In this document: piece by piece, positions 29,201 through 37,492 of the stretch | How the letters are laid out: each line of letters begins with the position of its first letter | How positions within the stretch are numbered: the stretch's first letter is position 1 | Assembly: GCA_045863395.1 (NCBI GenBank) | Contig: BTVJ01000016.1 | Span: 1-64,000, forward strand | DNA length: 64,000 nt | Direction: 5' to 3' | From: Myxococcales bacterium | GTDB lineage: Bacteria; Myxococcota_A; UBA9042; JABWCM01; BTVJ01 | The notes under the pieces: model-generated | What the model was told of the DNA's origin: nothing | Databases searched by the model: none | Seen by the model: the letters and a program-made list of their open reading frames with translations, nothing else | Program-made: the position numbers and the translations under genes

Positions 29201-29373
29201 ACTGCGGCGGGTGCGGGTTCGCCGGGTGTGCCGTCACGACGAGCCCTGGGTGCGGCGGCTGCAAGTGCCAGGACTGCGTCTGCGCCATGGACCCATATTG
29301 CTGTGACACCCAATGGGACTCCATCTGCGTGAACGAGTGCAACAGCCCGTGTGGCGGCTGCGCCCCCAACTGA
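26236..29373 (+). CDS. Giant Cys-rich lipoprotein with somatomedin-B-like modules and a C-type lectin domain
   Basis: GGAGG RBS; lipobox ATAC; 19 CGDG.C...E.C..CP.DCG.C repeats; 3 SC.GRC...C.CD..C...GDCC.D modules; CTLD with WIGL, EPN and WND motifs. Confidence 0.9.
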   Translation: MRSVSIALCLLLATACTKMRTVDLPLLEADVEQTGEVPFTPGGESDTGGGIITDPGDGDAAADTAGATVEDAGGDSQDAEAGSLGPDTACTPACGERVCGDNGCGGSCGTCPVGTECSPGGTCSCAPDCEGKACGPDGCGGICGTCPQGATCIIPGGACVGPTSCGDGACNGKETCDDCPDDCGPCDTCGDGACDDGEECTTCAVDCGACPPTCGDGACWASESCTTCPEDCGACPAGCGDGKCKPGETCSSCPQDCEACPPACGDDLCNGAETCATCSEDCGPCPPSCGDGACNGTETCKTCAGDCGVCPAGCGDGLCNGAETCTSCSADCGACPAACGDGSCNGAETCKTCPGDCGSCAAICGDGTCNGTETCKICPNDCGACPAVCGDGSCNGTETCSSCPLDCGACAPFCSDGKCNGGETCGSCPVDCGPCAPYCGDGACNGGDTCGNCPVDCGPCAPVCGDGTCNGGETCTSCASDCGACPFICGDGACNGGESCGTCPIDCGPCVPDDSCVGRCNLSAPAGCFCDASCVSYGDCCPDACAACGYCATTCGDGACNGGETCGACPADCGACPPVCGDGACNGGETCGGCPVDCGPCIPDNSCQGRCGGSAPAGCYCDSICVSAGDCCVDACFFCGFCPALCGNGSCEAGETCAQCPSDCGACPAVCGNGLCEGGESCATCPSDCGGCPVPDDSCEGRCGAQAPALCWCDTSCVGFGDCCYDACPKCGQCAAGCGDGTCGAGESCASCPMDCPCAGTGDGCQTASAPGCPGCKCKDCVCAMDPFCCATAWDSICVGECANQCGGCGKFYDGCTDKATSPPSSKLSTCDGSVYALTGHCYKVLSGSWSWSDARAQCQAWGGDLATLQFGGEKSFAQGLLGCASWIGLTDMASEGTFAWVDGRPVGYSAWGAGEPNQAGEEDCAEMGTGGVWNDLSCSSGRCALCERSFSPLTGCDGCSCKACVCGMDPYCCATAWDSICVGECQSDCGGCGFAGCAVTTSPGCGGCKCQDCVCAMDPYCCDTQWDSICVNECNSPCGGCAPN
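26725..27770 (+). repeat. 14 consecutive ~75-bp coding repeats (25 aa, 6 Cys each)
   Basis: tgcggcgacggc..gtgcaacggc..gagacctgc repeated at about 75-bp period. Confidence 0.9.
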
Positions 29374-31130
29374 GCACCCCGTCTGCCCCAGCGCGCCCGC
29401 TGTGGCGCAGCCACGACGACGCCATCGCAGACGAGCACGCGCTGGCGCTGTTGGTGGTGATCCTGGCGGCGGGGCTCGTCCTCCGGACGCTCCAGCTCGA
29501 CGCGCCCATGAGCGCGGCCGAGGCATTGGAGGGCGCCTCGGCGCGCGGTGTGCTCCGCACCGGCCTGCCGCTCCTCCCGACGGGCCTGCTGGATGGCCGC
29601 GCTCCCCTGTACCACGCGCTGCTCGCCGGCGCGTTCGCGCTGGGGGGCGACTCGCTGCTCTCGGGGCGCCTGCTCGGTGTGGCGGGAGGCGTCCTCGCCA
29701 TCGGCGGCGTCGCGCTCCTCGGGTGGCGCCTGTTCCAGTCACGGGCCGTCGGCCTCCTCGCTGCACTGCTGCTCGCCGTCGATCCCTTCTCGGTGGCAGC
29801 GACGGCACGCATGGGCCCCATCGGCCTTCTCCAGCTCGCAGTGGTCGCGGCGCTGCTCGGGGTTGCTCACCAGTGGCTGGGTCCCGGCGCAGCCCGCGCC
29901 CGCTGGAAGCTCGGCTCGGCCCTGGCGATCGGCCTTGCCGCCCTCGCCCACCCCCTGTTCCTGGTCGCCGTGCCCGGCCTGCCGCTCCTGGTGCTCGCCG
30001 GGCGCCCCCCCCGCGCGGGGTGGCGCCCCCTCGTGCCCTTGGTCGGTGGCGGCGCCCTCGTCGCCCTCGCTCCGCTCGCCATGCACAGCCTGGCCGCCCG
30101 CCGCGCGGACTTCTCGGGCATCGTGCGGTGGGGTGGTGGTGACGCGCTCACCCTCGGGGGAGTGGCCGCCGCCAGGCAGAGCTGGTGGCAGCGCCTCGCG
30201 GAGCTCCTTCAGGACCTGGGCCCGACGTCCACGTCCGGGGCCCTCCTGACGGGGCTCTGCCTCGTGGTCGCTGCCACGGCCATCATCTCGCTCGCCAGGA
30301 CGACCGCGCGCGCACGCCCCGCCATGCGCCTCGTCGTCTGCGCAGCACCAACGGCCCTCGGCCTCGCGCTCTGGCCGTCCGGTCTGGGGACGCCGGGCGC
30401 GGGCGCGCTGCTGTCCCCCCTGGTGCTCCTTCTCGTTGCCGCGGCGGTGCTGCCCCCCACGACGGAGTCGTTCACCCGCTCGACCCTCGCCTGGGCGGGC
30501 GTGGCGGCCCTCGGCGCGACCGCCGCCACCGCCGCGTGGCTCTCACCACCGCTCACCCCGCTGTGGGCCGCGCGGAATACGCTGTTGGTCATCCCCCTCG
30601 TCGCCGGGGTCGTGCTGGCGGCCCTCGACGTCCAAGCCAGGAGTCCCCGCCCCCTCCGTGGAGCCCTCCTCGGCGCGGCGCTGACGGCGATCATCGCGCT
30701 CGACGCAGGCCTGGTGCGCCGCAGCGAGCCCGGATGGCACGAGGCGGGGCTCGCCGTGGCGCCCGCCATCGAGACGGCGGGCCACCTCGTCGTCCACGGG
30801 GCGGAGGCGCCCACCGTGTGGTGGAGCACGGGCCGTGTCCACGTCGTCATCCCCGCGTGGGACACGTTGTACGCCGTGAATCGCTCCGGGCAGCCCTTCG
30901 AGGCCGTCACCGGCGCGGTCGTCGCTCAGGACCGGGCCCACCTCCGCGAGCTGCTCCAGGGCCCCGTCACCTACCTGACCACCGTGGCGCCAGGCCAGTC
31001 ACGCGACCCCGCCTGGTCCGAGCGCGTGGAGGCCCCCCTGGACGCCTGGCTTCGGGAGCGCCTCCCAGTCCAGAGGCGCTTCGGCGCCGTCGAGCTGCGC
31101 AGCGGATCCATCCCCTCAGCCCGTCAGTAG
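29370..31130 (+). CDS. Polytopic membrane protein, ArnT/PMT (GT-C) glycosyltransferase-like; start uncertain
   Basis: Many TM helices; GLVLR, APLYH.LL, SGRLLG, GLLAALLLAVDPF, HP motifs typical of PMT_2 proteins; no clear ATG. Confidence 0.65.
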   Translation: MSTPSAPARPLWRSHDDAIADEHALALLVVILAAGLVLRTLQLDAPMSAAEALEGASARGVLRTGLPLLPTGLLDGRAPLYHALLAGAFALGGDSLLSGRLLGVAGGVLAIGGVALLGWRLFQSRAVGLLAALLLAVDPFSVAATARMGPIGLLQLAVVAALLGVAHQWLGPGAARARWKLGSALAIGLAALAHPLFLVAVPGLPLLVLAGRPPRAGWRPLVPLVGGGALVALAPLAMHSLAARRADFSGIVRWGGGDALTLGGVAAARQSWWQRLAELLQDLGPTSTSGALLTGLCLVVAATAIISLARTTARARPAMRLVVCAAPTALGLALWPSGLGTPGAGALLSPLVLLLVAAAVLPPTTESFTRSTLAWAGVAALGATAATAAWLSPPLTPLWAARNTLLVIPLVAGVVLAALDVQARSPRPLRGALLGAALTAIIALDAGLVRRSEPGWHEAGLAVAPAIETAGHLVVHGAEAPTVWWSTGRVHVVIPAWDTLYAVNRSGQPFEAVTGAVVAQDRAHLRELLQGPVTYLTTVAPGQSRDPAWSERVEAPLDAWLRERLPVQRRFGAVELRSGSIPSARQ

Positions 31131-32422
31131 TAGTAGGTCGTGGCGAGGTGGACGCGGAGCGTCTCGGTGCGCCGCGTGACCTGCTCGGCGCTATAGGGGC
31201 CCAGCGGCGACATCGTCCCCTCGCCCCAGCGGTAGTCGGCACCGACGGAGAGCGTCGTGGGTCCGATGTGGAAGCCAAGCCCGCCACTGACCCCCAGCTC
31301 GTCGACGGCGGGTACGGGGTCCAGGGTCGGGTCCCCGGCGCCTCCGCTCGTGTTGCTCGTGAAGAAGCCGCCGCGCAGGGCGATCCAGTCGACGGGATAG
31401 CCCTCCACGCCCACCGCGACGTCCCACGCCAGGTTGCGCTCCACGAGGCGCCCGAAGTCCGGGTCGTCCACGTCCAGATAGGGGTCCATGGGGAACCGCA
31501 GGGCCACGTCCAGCGCCACGGCGAAGACACGGGGCGACGCCCAGGCGACGCCCAGGCACAGCTCCGGCGAGAGCTTGTGCTCCACGCGGGCGCTCTCCTC
31601 GGGGAAGCGCTCCGTCGATGGCTCGCCGGACTGGGACCAGAGGGCGCCGCTGATGGTGGCGCTCCCGTAGAGCCGCACCGGAGGCGTGCGGACCTGCACC
31701 CCGAGGTGGAGCCCCTCCCAAGGGTTCGAGTGGACCCCCACGGCGCCCGCGAGCCCCACCCACGCGCCGTCCATGGCGAGCTGGAGGCGGAAGAAGCGGG
31801 TGGAGTTGGCGTCCTCGATGGCGCCGTCCCAGGACTCGTCGCGCAGCAGCGCCCGGTAGAGCACGAGGGCGGAGATGCCCAGGTCCAGCCACGGAGCCAC
31901 CCGGATGGCCACGGACAGCGCCCCCTCCAGGGTCTCCTGGTCGACCTGCGACGTCTGGAGGAAGCGGTCGAAGAGCACCGCCTTGCCCTCGGACCTCCCC
32001 TGCACGTCCCGCAAGAGCAGCGTGCTCGACGCGCTCTCGTGCTCCGTGACGAAGAGCCCGAAGCCCCCGACGACCCGCAGGGTCCCGTCCGCCTGCCCCT
32101 CGCTGAGCTCCATGACCGTCGCCGTCGCCCCCGGGATGGTCTGGAAGTCGAGGAGCCCGAAGTGCTCCACGGCGCGCGAGCCGTCGACGCGCTCCGCGTG
32201 GTAGCCGTACAAGCTGGCGCTCAGTGAGAAGCTGCTGCCGGGCAGCGTCGCCAGGGCCGCCGGGTTGTAGTGGCCCGCGGAGCCGTCGTCGCCCAGCGCA
32301 GTGAAGGCGCCGCCCATGCCCGCGGCGCGCTCCCCGACCAGGACCCCCGAGCGGTGGAACGGGTCCGCCGACGCCTGCGCAGCCCAGATCGCGGCGACGA
32401 GGGTGAAGGTGCGCCCCCTCAA
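31124..32422 (-). CDS. FadL-like outer-membrane beta-barrel protein
   Basis: Signal peptide; GERAAGMGGAFTALGDDGSAGHYNPAAL; C-terminal aromatic strand; TTG start overlaps the upstream TGA. Confidence 0.8.
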   Translation of the reverse strand: MRGRTFTLVAAIWAAQASADPFHRSGVLVGERAAGMGGAFTALGDDGSAGHYNPAALATLPGSSFSLSASLYGYHAERVDGSRAVEHFGLLDFQTIPGATATVMELSEGQADGTLRVVGGFGLFVTEHESASSTLLLRDVQGRSEGKAVLFDRFLQTSQVDQETLEGALSVAIRVAPWLDLGISALVLYRALLRDESWDGAIEDANSTRFFRLQLAMDGAWVGLAGAVGVHSNPWEGLHLGVQVRTPPVRLYGSATISGALWSQSGEPSTERFPEESARVEHKLSPELCLGVAWASPRVFAVALDVALRFPMDPYLDVDDPDFGRLVERNLAWDVAVGVEGYPVDWIALRGGFFTSNTSGGAGDPTLDPVPAVDELGVSGGLGFHIGPTTLSVGADYRWGEGTMSPLGPYSAEQVTRRTETLRVHLATTYYY

Positions 32423-33762
32423 AACCGCACCGCGCCGCCAATGACGGCCGTGAGCTGGTGCTGGACGATGTCGACGCGCTCCCAGGAGATCCCCCCGTCG
32501 ACCGCGACCCGCGCGGCGAGCCCCTCTCCGAAGCCGACCAGGTAGCTCAGGGCCAGGGACATCGCCCCGTGCTCGCTGGGCAGCGCAACCCCGAAGGTCG
32601 CGCCGAGGGCGTGGATTCGAGCGGGGTGGCGCGGATCCGTCGGGTCCGGCGCAGGCCAGGGGCTGAGGCTGGTCAGGATGCCGCCCCGCAGCGTGACGTC
32701 CTCGGTGACCGGAGCCTCGATGCCTGCCGCACCATCGAAGGTCGTGACACGCTGCCGGCTCTGCCCGAAGGGCTGGCTCGGGTTCACGCGCCCCAGACCG
32801 TCGAAGGCGGGCAGATCCGGGTCCTGGATGTCCAGGTACGCCGCTTGCGCCACGTGGACATAGAGGTCCGCGGCCACCCGGGTGCCGTCCGGCCCGAGCC
32901 ACGCGCCCCCGAGGGCGATGCGCCACGGGTCCCTCCGCTCGGTGCGCAGCCCGGGCATCAAGTCGATGCGCTGCATCGCCTTGCTAGCGCCCGCGCTGGA
33001 GGTCGCGCTCACCGACGAGCCCTCACCGGAGCCGTGCAGGCGGATGGACTCGCTGCGCAGCGAGGCGCCGAGCACCCAGGCCGGGTCGACGGCGATCTGG
33101 AAGCCGACGTCCAGGTGCAGGCTCCCGGCCAGGCCCGAGAACTGGCTCGCGCCCACGAGGAAGCTGCCGTCGGGGGGCTCGATGACCAGCCGGCTCGACA
33201 GGTGGACCTCGTCCAAGGAGTAGCTGGCCATGGCGCCCACCCGCACGGAGTCCGTGATCGCCCACCCCCACGCGGCGGCGAACTGGAAGGTGCGCCCACG
33301 CGTCTCGAAGCCCATGGCGGCCCCGGGGGCGGCCTCCGTCGCGTCGCCCGGCGCCGTCTCCACCTGGCCGCCTGCGCTGCGCTGCTCGGGGACCAGCACG
33401 TTGATCGCCAGGACGTGCCGCCCCTCCCCGTCGCGGGGCACCAAAGGGATCGCCACGCCCAGCGCCGCCGGGAACGTGCTGAACCGCACCACGTCCAGGT
33501 CCAGGGAGCGGTCGCCCACGCGCAAGGCCGCCGCCTGCCGCTGCACCAGGAGCTGATAGGCGCTGACGGACACTGATCCCTGGATGCCGCCGATGGACGC
33601 CAGGCCCGCCGGATTGCGCACGCCGCCCGTCGGCTCGTCCGCCAGCGCCACCGCTGCGCCGCCGGCGCCCGCCATGCGCTCGCCGAGGAGGTGGGTGCCC
33701 CGCACGTCTGCCGCAGCGGGTGCAGCGAGGAGGAGGGCCAGGGTGGAGACCAGCGCGCGCAT
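32419..33762 (-). CDS. FadL-like outer-membrane beta-barrel protein
   Basis: Signal peptide AAAA|D; GERMAGAGGAAVALADEP....NPAGL; C-terminal VRF. Confidence 0.8.
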   Translation of the reverse strand: MRALVSTLALLLAAPAAADVRGTHLLGERMAGAGGAAVALADEPTGGVRNPAGLASIGGIQGSVSVSAYQLLVQRQAAALRVGDRSLDLDVVRFSTFPAALGVAIPLVPRDGEGRHVLAINVLVPEQRSAGGQVETAPGDATEAAPGAAMGFETRGRTFQFAAAWGWAITDSVRVGAMASYSLDEVHLSSRLVIEPPDGSFLVGASQFSGLAGSLHLDVGFQIAVDPAWVLGASLRSESIRLHGSGEGSSVSATSSAGASKAMQRIDLMPGLRTERRDPWRIALGGAWLGPDGTRVAADLYVHVAQAAYLDIQDPDLPAFDGLGRVNPSQPFGQSRQRVTTFDGAAGIEAPVTEDVTLRGGILTSLSPWPAPDPTDPRHPARIHALGATFGVALPSEHGAMSLALSYLVGFGEGLAARVAVDGGISWERVDIVQHQLTAVIGGAVRF

Positions 33763-33862
33763 GGCCCCATAGGTCCACCGCAAGCCGTTCTTGTCAATCG
33801 GCGCTTGCCCGGCGCGGGACGCGACGCGCGCTTTTCCCCGCGGGCTGCTACACTGCCGGCCC

Positions 33863-36800
33863 ATGAAGGCGCTCCTGCCCATCGCCGCCATCGTCGTCGC
33901 GCTCCTGCCGCTGGTGCTGGCGTGGCTGCTGAGCCGCGTGGCGGGCGCGCGCCGCATCGCCCTCGGGCTGATGATCCTGGGGTCGGCGTACATCATCGAC
34001 GTCAACCTGCTGATGCACGAGCAGTACCGCGGTATGTCCCGCAGCTTCGACGTGGGCACCACGGACCTCCTGGTCCTGAGCCTCATCGTGTACCTGATGG
34101 GGCAGGGCAGCAGCCGCGGCCTGGTGTGGAGGGCCCCCTCCAACCCGGGCTCCGTCACCCCGGTCATGCTGATGCCGCCTGGGCTCCCGTTGCTGCTCCT
34201 CTTCGTGACGATTGCCGCGTTCTCCATCATCGGCTCGAGAGAGCCCCTCTATGGGTTCATGGACCTGTTCAAGCTGGTGCGGGGCCTGGCGGTGTTCTGG
34301 GTGAGCGCCAACCTGCTCGCCGACGACCGGAGCGCCAGGAACCTGCCGTTCTTCCTCCTGATCTTCGTGGGCGTGGAGATGGCGGTGGCCACGAAGCAGC
34401 ACCTCTCGGGGGTCTGGTGGGTTCACGGGACCTTCGAGCACAAGAACAGCTTCGCCATGAGCATGAACCTCATCCTGCCGGTCATGCTGGCGGAGGCGCT
34501 GCGCGCCAAGGGGTGGCGGGGCGCCATCCTGCTCGGCTACGGCGCCGGGGCGGTGGGGCTCATCCTCTCGCGCTCCCGCTTCGGCTGGGCCACGATGGGC
34601 CTCGCCGCGATGATCGTCACGTCGCTCTGCCTGATCCTGACATTCGTCAAGCGCGACCGCTCCCTGCTCCAGCGGCAGGTAGCGGTCCTGGCCCTCGCGG
34701 CCTTTCTGGCCATCCCGGCCATCGCCAAGTCCTTCGACAGCATCGTGACCCGTTGGGGAGAAGACGCGGAGGTTTCCATGGATTTCCGGCACCGCAACAA
34801 CGACATCGCCAAGGCCCTCGCCCGGGAGCATCCCTTCGGCGTCGGTCTGAACAACTACGTGAAGGAGCTGGATCAGCCCATCGGGCGGCTCCTCGACCCC
34901 ATCGACCGGACGGTCGCCCACCACCTGTACCACCTGGTGGCGGCGGAGACGGGCCTGCTTGGGCTGATCTCCCTGGTCGGCGCCATGCTTGCCTTCGTGT
35001 TCATGGCGCTGCGGACCATCGTGCAGGCGGTCAAGCCCTGGTCTCAGACGGTCGCCATCGGGCTCGGGGCCGGGCTCGTGTCGGCCATGCTCCACAGCTT
35101 CGGGGAGAGCGACCTGCTCCGCCGCGAGACCTACTTCATCTTCTGCATGTTGATGGGCTTCCTCGCCGGCATCCACGTGCGCGAGGGGCTGGGCGGGAGG
35201 AGCCTCCTGATGCGGCTCCTCGGGGAGTCGGTGCGGGCGACCCGGCGGCCCGGCTATGGGGTGATCGTGCTCGCGGTCCTGCTCGCCCCCCTGGTGCTCG
35301 CGGGGCCTGCCCAGGCCGCATCTCCGACCGTCACGCCGCTGTCTGCGCGCCACCTGAGGCTCTCCTACTCGGCCCTGATCACGCCGACCCAGGTCCCTCC
35401 CGCGTCCACGTTCCGCATCGAGGGCGCCGCGAGCAAGGTCGTCGAGGTGGGCCTCCACGCCTTCGCCGTGGGCAAGGTGGAGGACCCGTGGCCGCCGAAG
35501 GCCATCATGCGCTACGACCTGCACCTGGTGCTGGACGAGCCCCTGCCCGAGGACAAGGAGGTCAAGGTCATCACGCCGAGCTGGCTCCTGACGAGCCCGC
35601 TGCCGGTGCGCTTCTCGTCTCTGGATCCCTCTCCGGCCATCAAGCTGGCGCAGGTCGGCTTCCTGCCCGAAGACCCGAACAAGGCGGTGTTCATCGGCGC
35701 CTACCTGGGGACGCTGGGGCCCCTGCGCGCGGAGCCCAAGACCTTCGACGTGGTGGACCTGCGAAACAAGGCGGTGGTCCTTCGCGGCACGCCCAAGCGC
35801 ATCGCCGAGGACGACCGCGTCTACCGGGAGGAGATCTGGCGGCTGGACATTGGCGCCCTGAAGGAGCCCGGGCACTACGCCGTGCACGTGCCGGGGGTGG
35901 GGCGATCTCTGGACTTCCGCGTGGGCGCCGACGTGTACGACGCCCCTCTGACCGCGGTGCTGCGCGCCTTCTACCACCACCGCTGCGGCGTGGCCATCGA
36001 CGCGAAGTACACCCGCTTCTCGCGGCCAGCGTGCCACCCCAAGGAGCAGGTGGGCTGCTTCACCCCCGAGCTCGCCGAGACTCCACTGTACGACGGGGAG
36101 AAGGCCGGCGAGTGCCGCGACCTGACCGGCGGCTGGCACGACGCATCGGACTACGGAAAGTACGTGCCGACCGCGACGGTGGCAGTCCACAACCTCATGG
36201 TCGCCTGGCAGGCTTGGCCCGACGCCTTCCCGGACGGGCGGCAGGGGATCCCCGAGAGCGGAAACGGCATCCCCGACATCCTGGACGAGGTGGCCTTTGA
36301 GCTGGACTGGCTGCTCAAGATGCAGCGCGATGACGGCGGGGTCTACCACAAGGTCACCTCCCGCCAGTGGGGGACGGACAAGCCCCCCCATTTGGACCGC
36401 AAGACCTTCGACGTAGCCGAGCGCACCACCCACGACACGGCGCGGGTCGCGGCGGTGATGGCCGAGGGCGCGCGGGTCTTCGCCAAGGTGGCGCCCGAGG
36501 CGGCGGCGCGCTACAGAGCCGGCGCGGAGCGGGCGTGGAGCTTCCTGAAGGCCCACCCGAAGGCCGTCCCGGACCCGGGATTCCGCAACCGCGAGTGGAA
36601 CGGGGGCGGGGAGTACGCGGACCGCTTTGGCGACGACGACGAGCGGGCGTGGGCGGCGGCGGAGTGGATCGCGCTCACCGGGGAGGCGGGCTTCGACCAC
36701 TACGTGGTGGACAAGGTGCCCGAGCCGTACAACGTTCGTGTTCCGCCCCTGTATGTGCGCGACTGGCCTCCTCCCTTCGAGGACTGCTGGCGCTTCGCCT

Positions 36801-37402
36801 TCCACCGCTACGCCCAGCTCAAGCACCCGCAGCGCAACGCGAAGCTGCAGGCGGCCATCCGGGACGCCTGGCGGGTCCGCACCGACGGCATCGAGGAGGC
36901 GAGCGCCGAGGACCCCTACGGCATGGCGTTCCGGCCGCGGCCGGGCGTCCCCTTCGGCTACGGCACCAGCAACGGCCTGCGGTACGCCATGGACGTGGCC
37001 CTGGCCAACGTGCTGCTCGGGCAGACTCCGCGGCGGCGGGAGGCGGCGCTGTCGAACCTTGGCGCGCTCTTCGGGAACAACGGCCCGGGCTTCAGCTTCG
37101 TCACCGGCATCGGCGCGCGGGCCGTCAGGCAGCCCGAGTATCGTCCCAACCTCTTCGACGGCATCGACGAGCCGCTGCCCGGCCACCCGGTGGACGGCCC
37201 CGCCTTGGGGGTCCACTCGTCGAACAGGGACGCCGACAAGAAGCTCTGGCCGCCGCCCGAAGAGTACCCGCCCGGCCAGTACTACTTCGACATGATGGAC
37301 CCCATCATGTCGGAACCCACCATCCTGGAGATGAGCGAGGCCGTGATCGCGTTCGCGCCCTACGCCACGCCCAAGACGTCGCCCGACGGCAGCCCACGCT
37401 GA
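33863..37402 (+). CDS. Wzy/O-antigen-ligase-like membrane domain fused to a glycoside hydrolase family 9 (Ig-like + catalytic)
   Basis: N-half: GTFEHKNSFA, ILSRSRFGW, HPFGVGLNNY, AHHLY..AAETGLLG; C-half: QVGFLP..K.A, FYHHRCG, DLTGGWHDASDYGKY, NGIPDILDE..FELDWLLKMQ, SFVTGIG, SEPTI. Confidence 0.85.
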   Translation: MKALLPIAAIVVALLPLVLAWLLSRVAGARRIALGLMILGSAYIIDVNLLMHEQYRGMSRSFDVGTTDLLVLSLIVYLMGQGSSRGLVWRAPSNPGSVTPVMLMPPGLPLLLLFVTIAAFSIIGSREPLYGFMDLFKLVRGLAVFWVSANLLADDRSARNLPFFLLIFVGVEMAVATKQHLSGVWWVHGTFEHKNSFAMSMNLILPVMLAEALRAKGWRGAILLGYGAGAVGLILSRSRFGWATMGLAAMIVTSLCLILTFVKRDRSLLQRQVAVLALAAFLAIPAIAKSFDSIVTRWGEDAEVSMDFRHRNNDIAKALAREHPFGVGLNNYVKELDQPIGRLLDPIDRTVAHHLYHLVAAETGLLGLISLVGAMLAFVFMALRTIVQAVKPWSQTVAIGLGAGLVSAMLHSFGESDLLRRETYFIFCMLMGFLAGIHVREGLGGRSLLMRLLGESVRATRRPGYGVIVLAVLLAPLVLAGPAQAASPTVTPLSARHLRLSYSALITPTQVPPASTFRIEGAASKVVEVGLHAFAVGKVEDPWPPKAIMRYDLHLVLDEPLPEDKEVKVITPSWLLTSPLPVRFSSLDPSPAIKLAQVGFLPEDPNKAVFIGAYLGTLGPLRAEPKTFDVVDLRNKAVVLRGTPKRIAEDDRVYREEIWRLDIGALKEPGHYAVHVPGVGRSLDFRVGADVYDAPLTAVLRAFYHHRCGVAIDAKYTRFSRPACHPKEQVGCFTPELAETPLYDGEKAGECRDLTGGWHDASDYGKYVPTATVAVHNLMVAWQAWPDAFPDGRQGIPESGNGIPDILDEVAFELDWLLKMQRDDGGVYHKVTSRQWGTDKPPHLDRKTFDVAERTTHDTARVAAVMAEGARVFAKVAPEAAARYRAGAERAWSFLKAHPKAVPDPGFRNREWNGGGEYADRFGDDDERAWAAAEWIALTGEAGFDHYVVDKVPEPYNVRVPPLYVRDWPPPFEDCWRFAFHRYAQLKHPQRNAKLQAAIRDAWRVRTDGIEEASAEDPYGMAFRPRPGVPFGYGTSNGLRYAMDVALANVLLGQTPRRREAALSNLGALFGNNGPGFSFVTGIGARAVRQPEYRPNLFDGIDEPLPGHPVDGPALGVHSSNRDADKKLWPPPEEYPPGQYYFDMMDPIMSEPTILEMSEAVIAFAPYATPKTSPDGSPR

Positions 37403-37429
37403 CTTCCGCTCATTTGCGCGCATCGGATG

Positions 37430-37459
37430 TTGACACGGGCGCCGCCCATGCCCTACGTT
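37430..37459 (+). promoter_or_regulatory. Putative sigma70-type promoter of the DUF4157 operon
   Basis: TTGACA (37430-35), 18 nt, TACGTT (37454-59), ~35 bp upstream of GAGG RBS and ATG 37493. Confidence 0.55.
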
Positions 37460-37492
37460 CGGCTTTGGCATCCAACCCCAATGAGGTCCACC

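Noticed and set aside
26236..29373. TraA-like kin-recognition receptor
   Set aside because: No MYXO-CTERM tail, no PA14-like domain seen and no adjacent TraB/OmpA gene; it is N-terminally lipid-anchored.
33848..37471. 1207-aa minus-strand ORF and similar long Arg/Gly/Pro-rich ORFs throughout the track
   Set aside because: Shadow ORFs typical of high-GC DNA, overlapping genes with clear family motifs.
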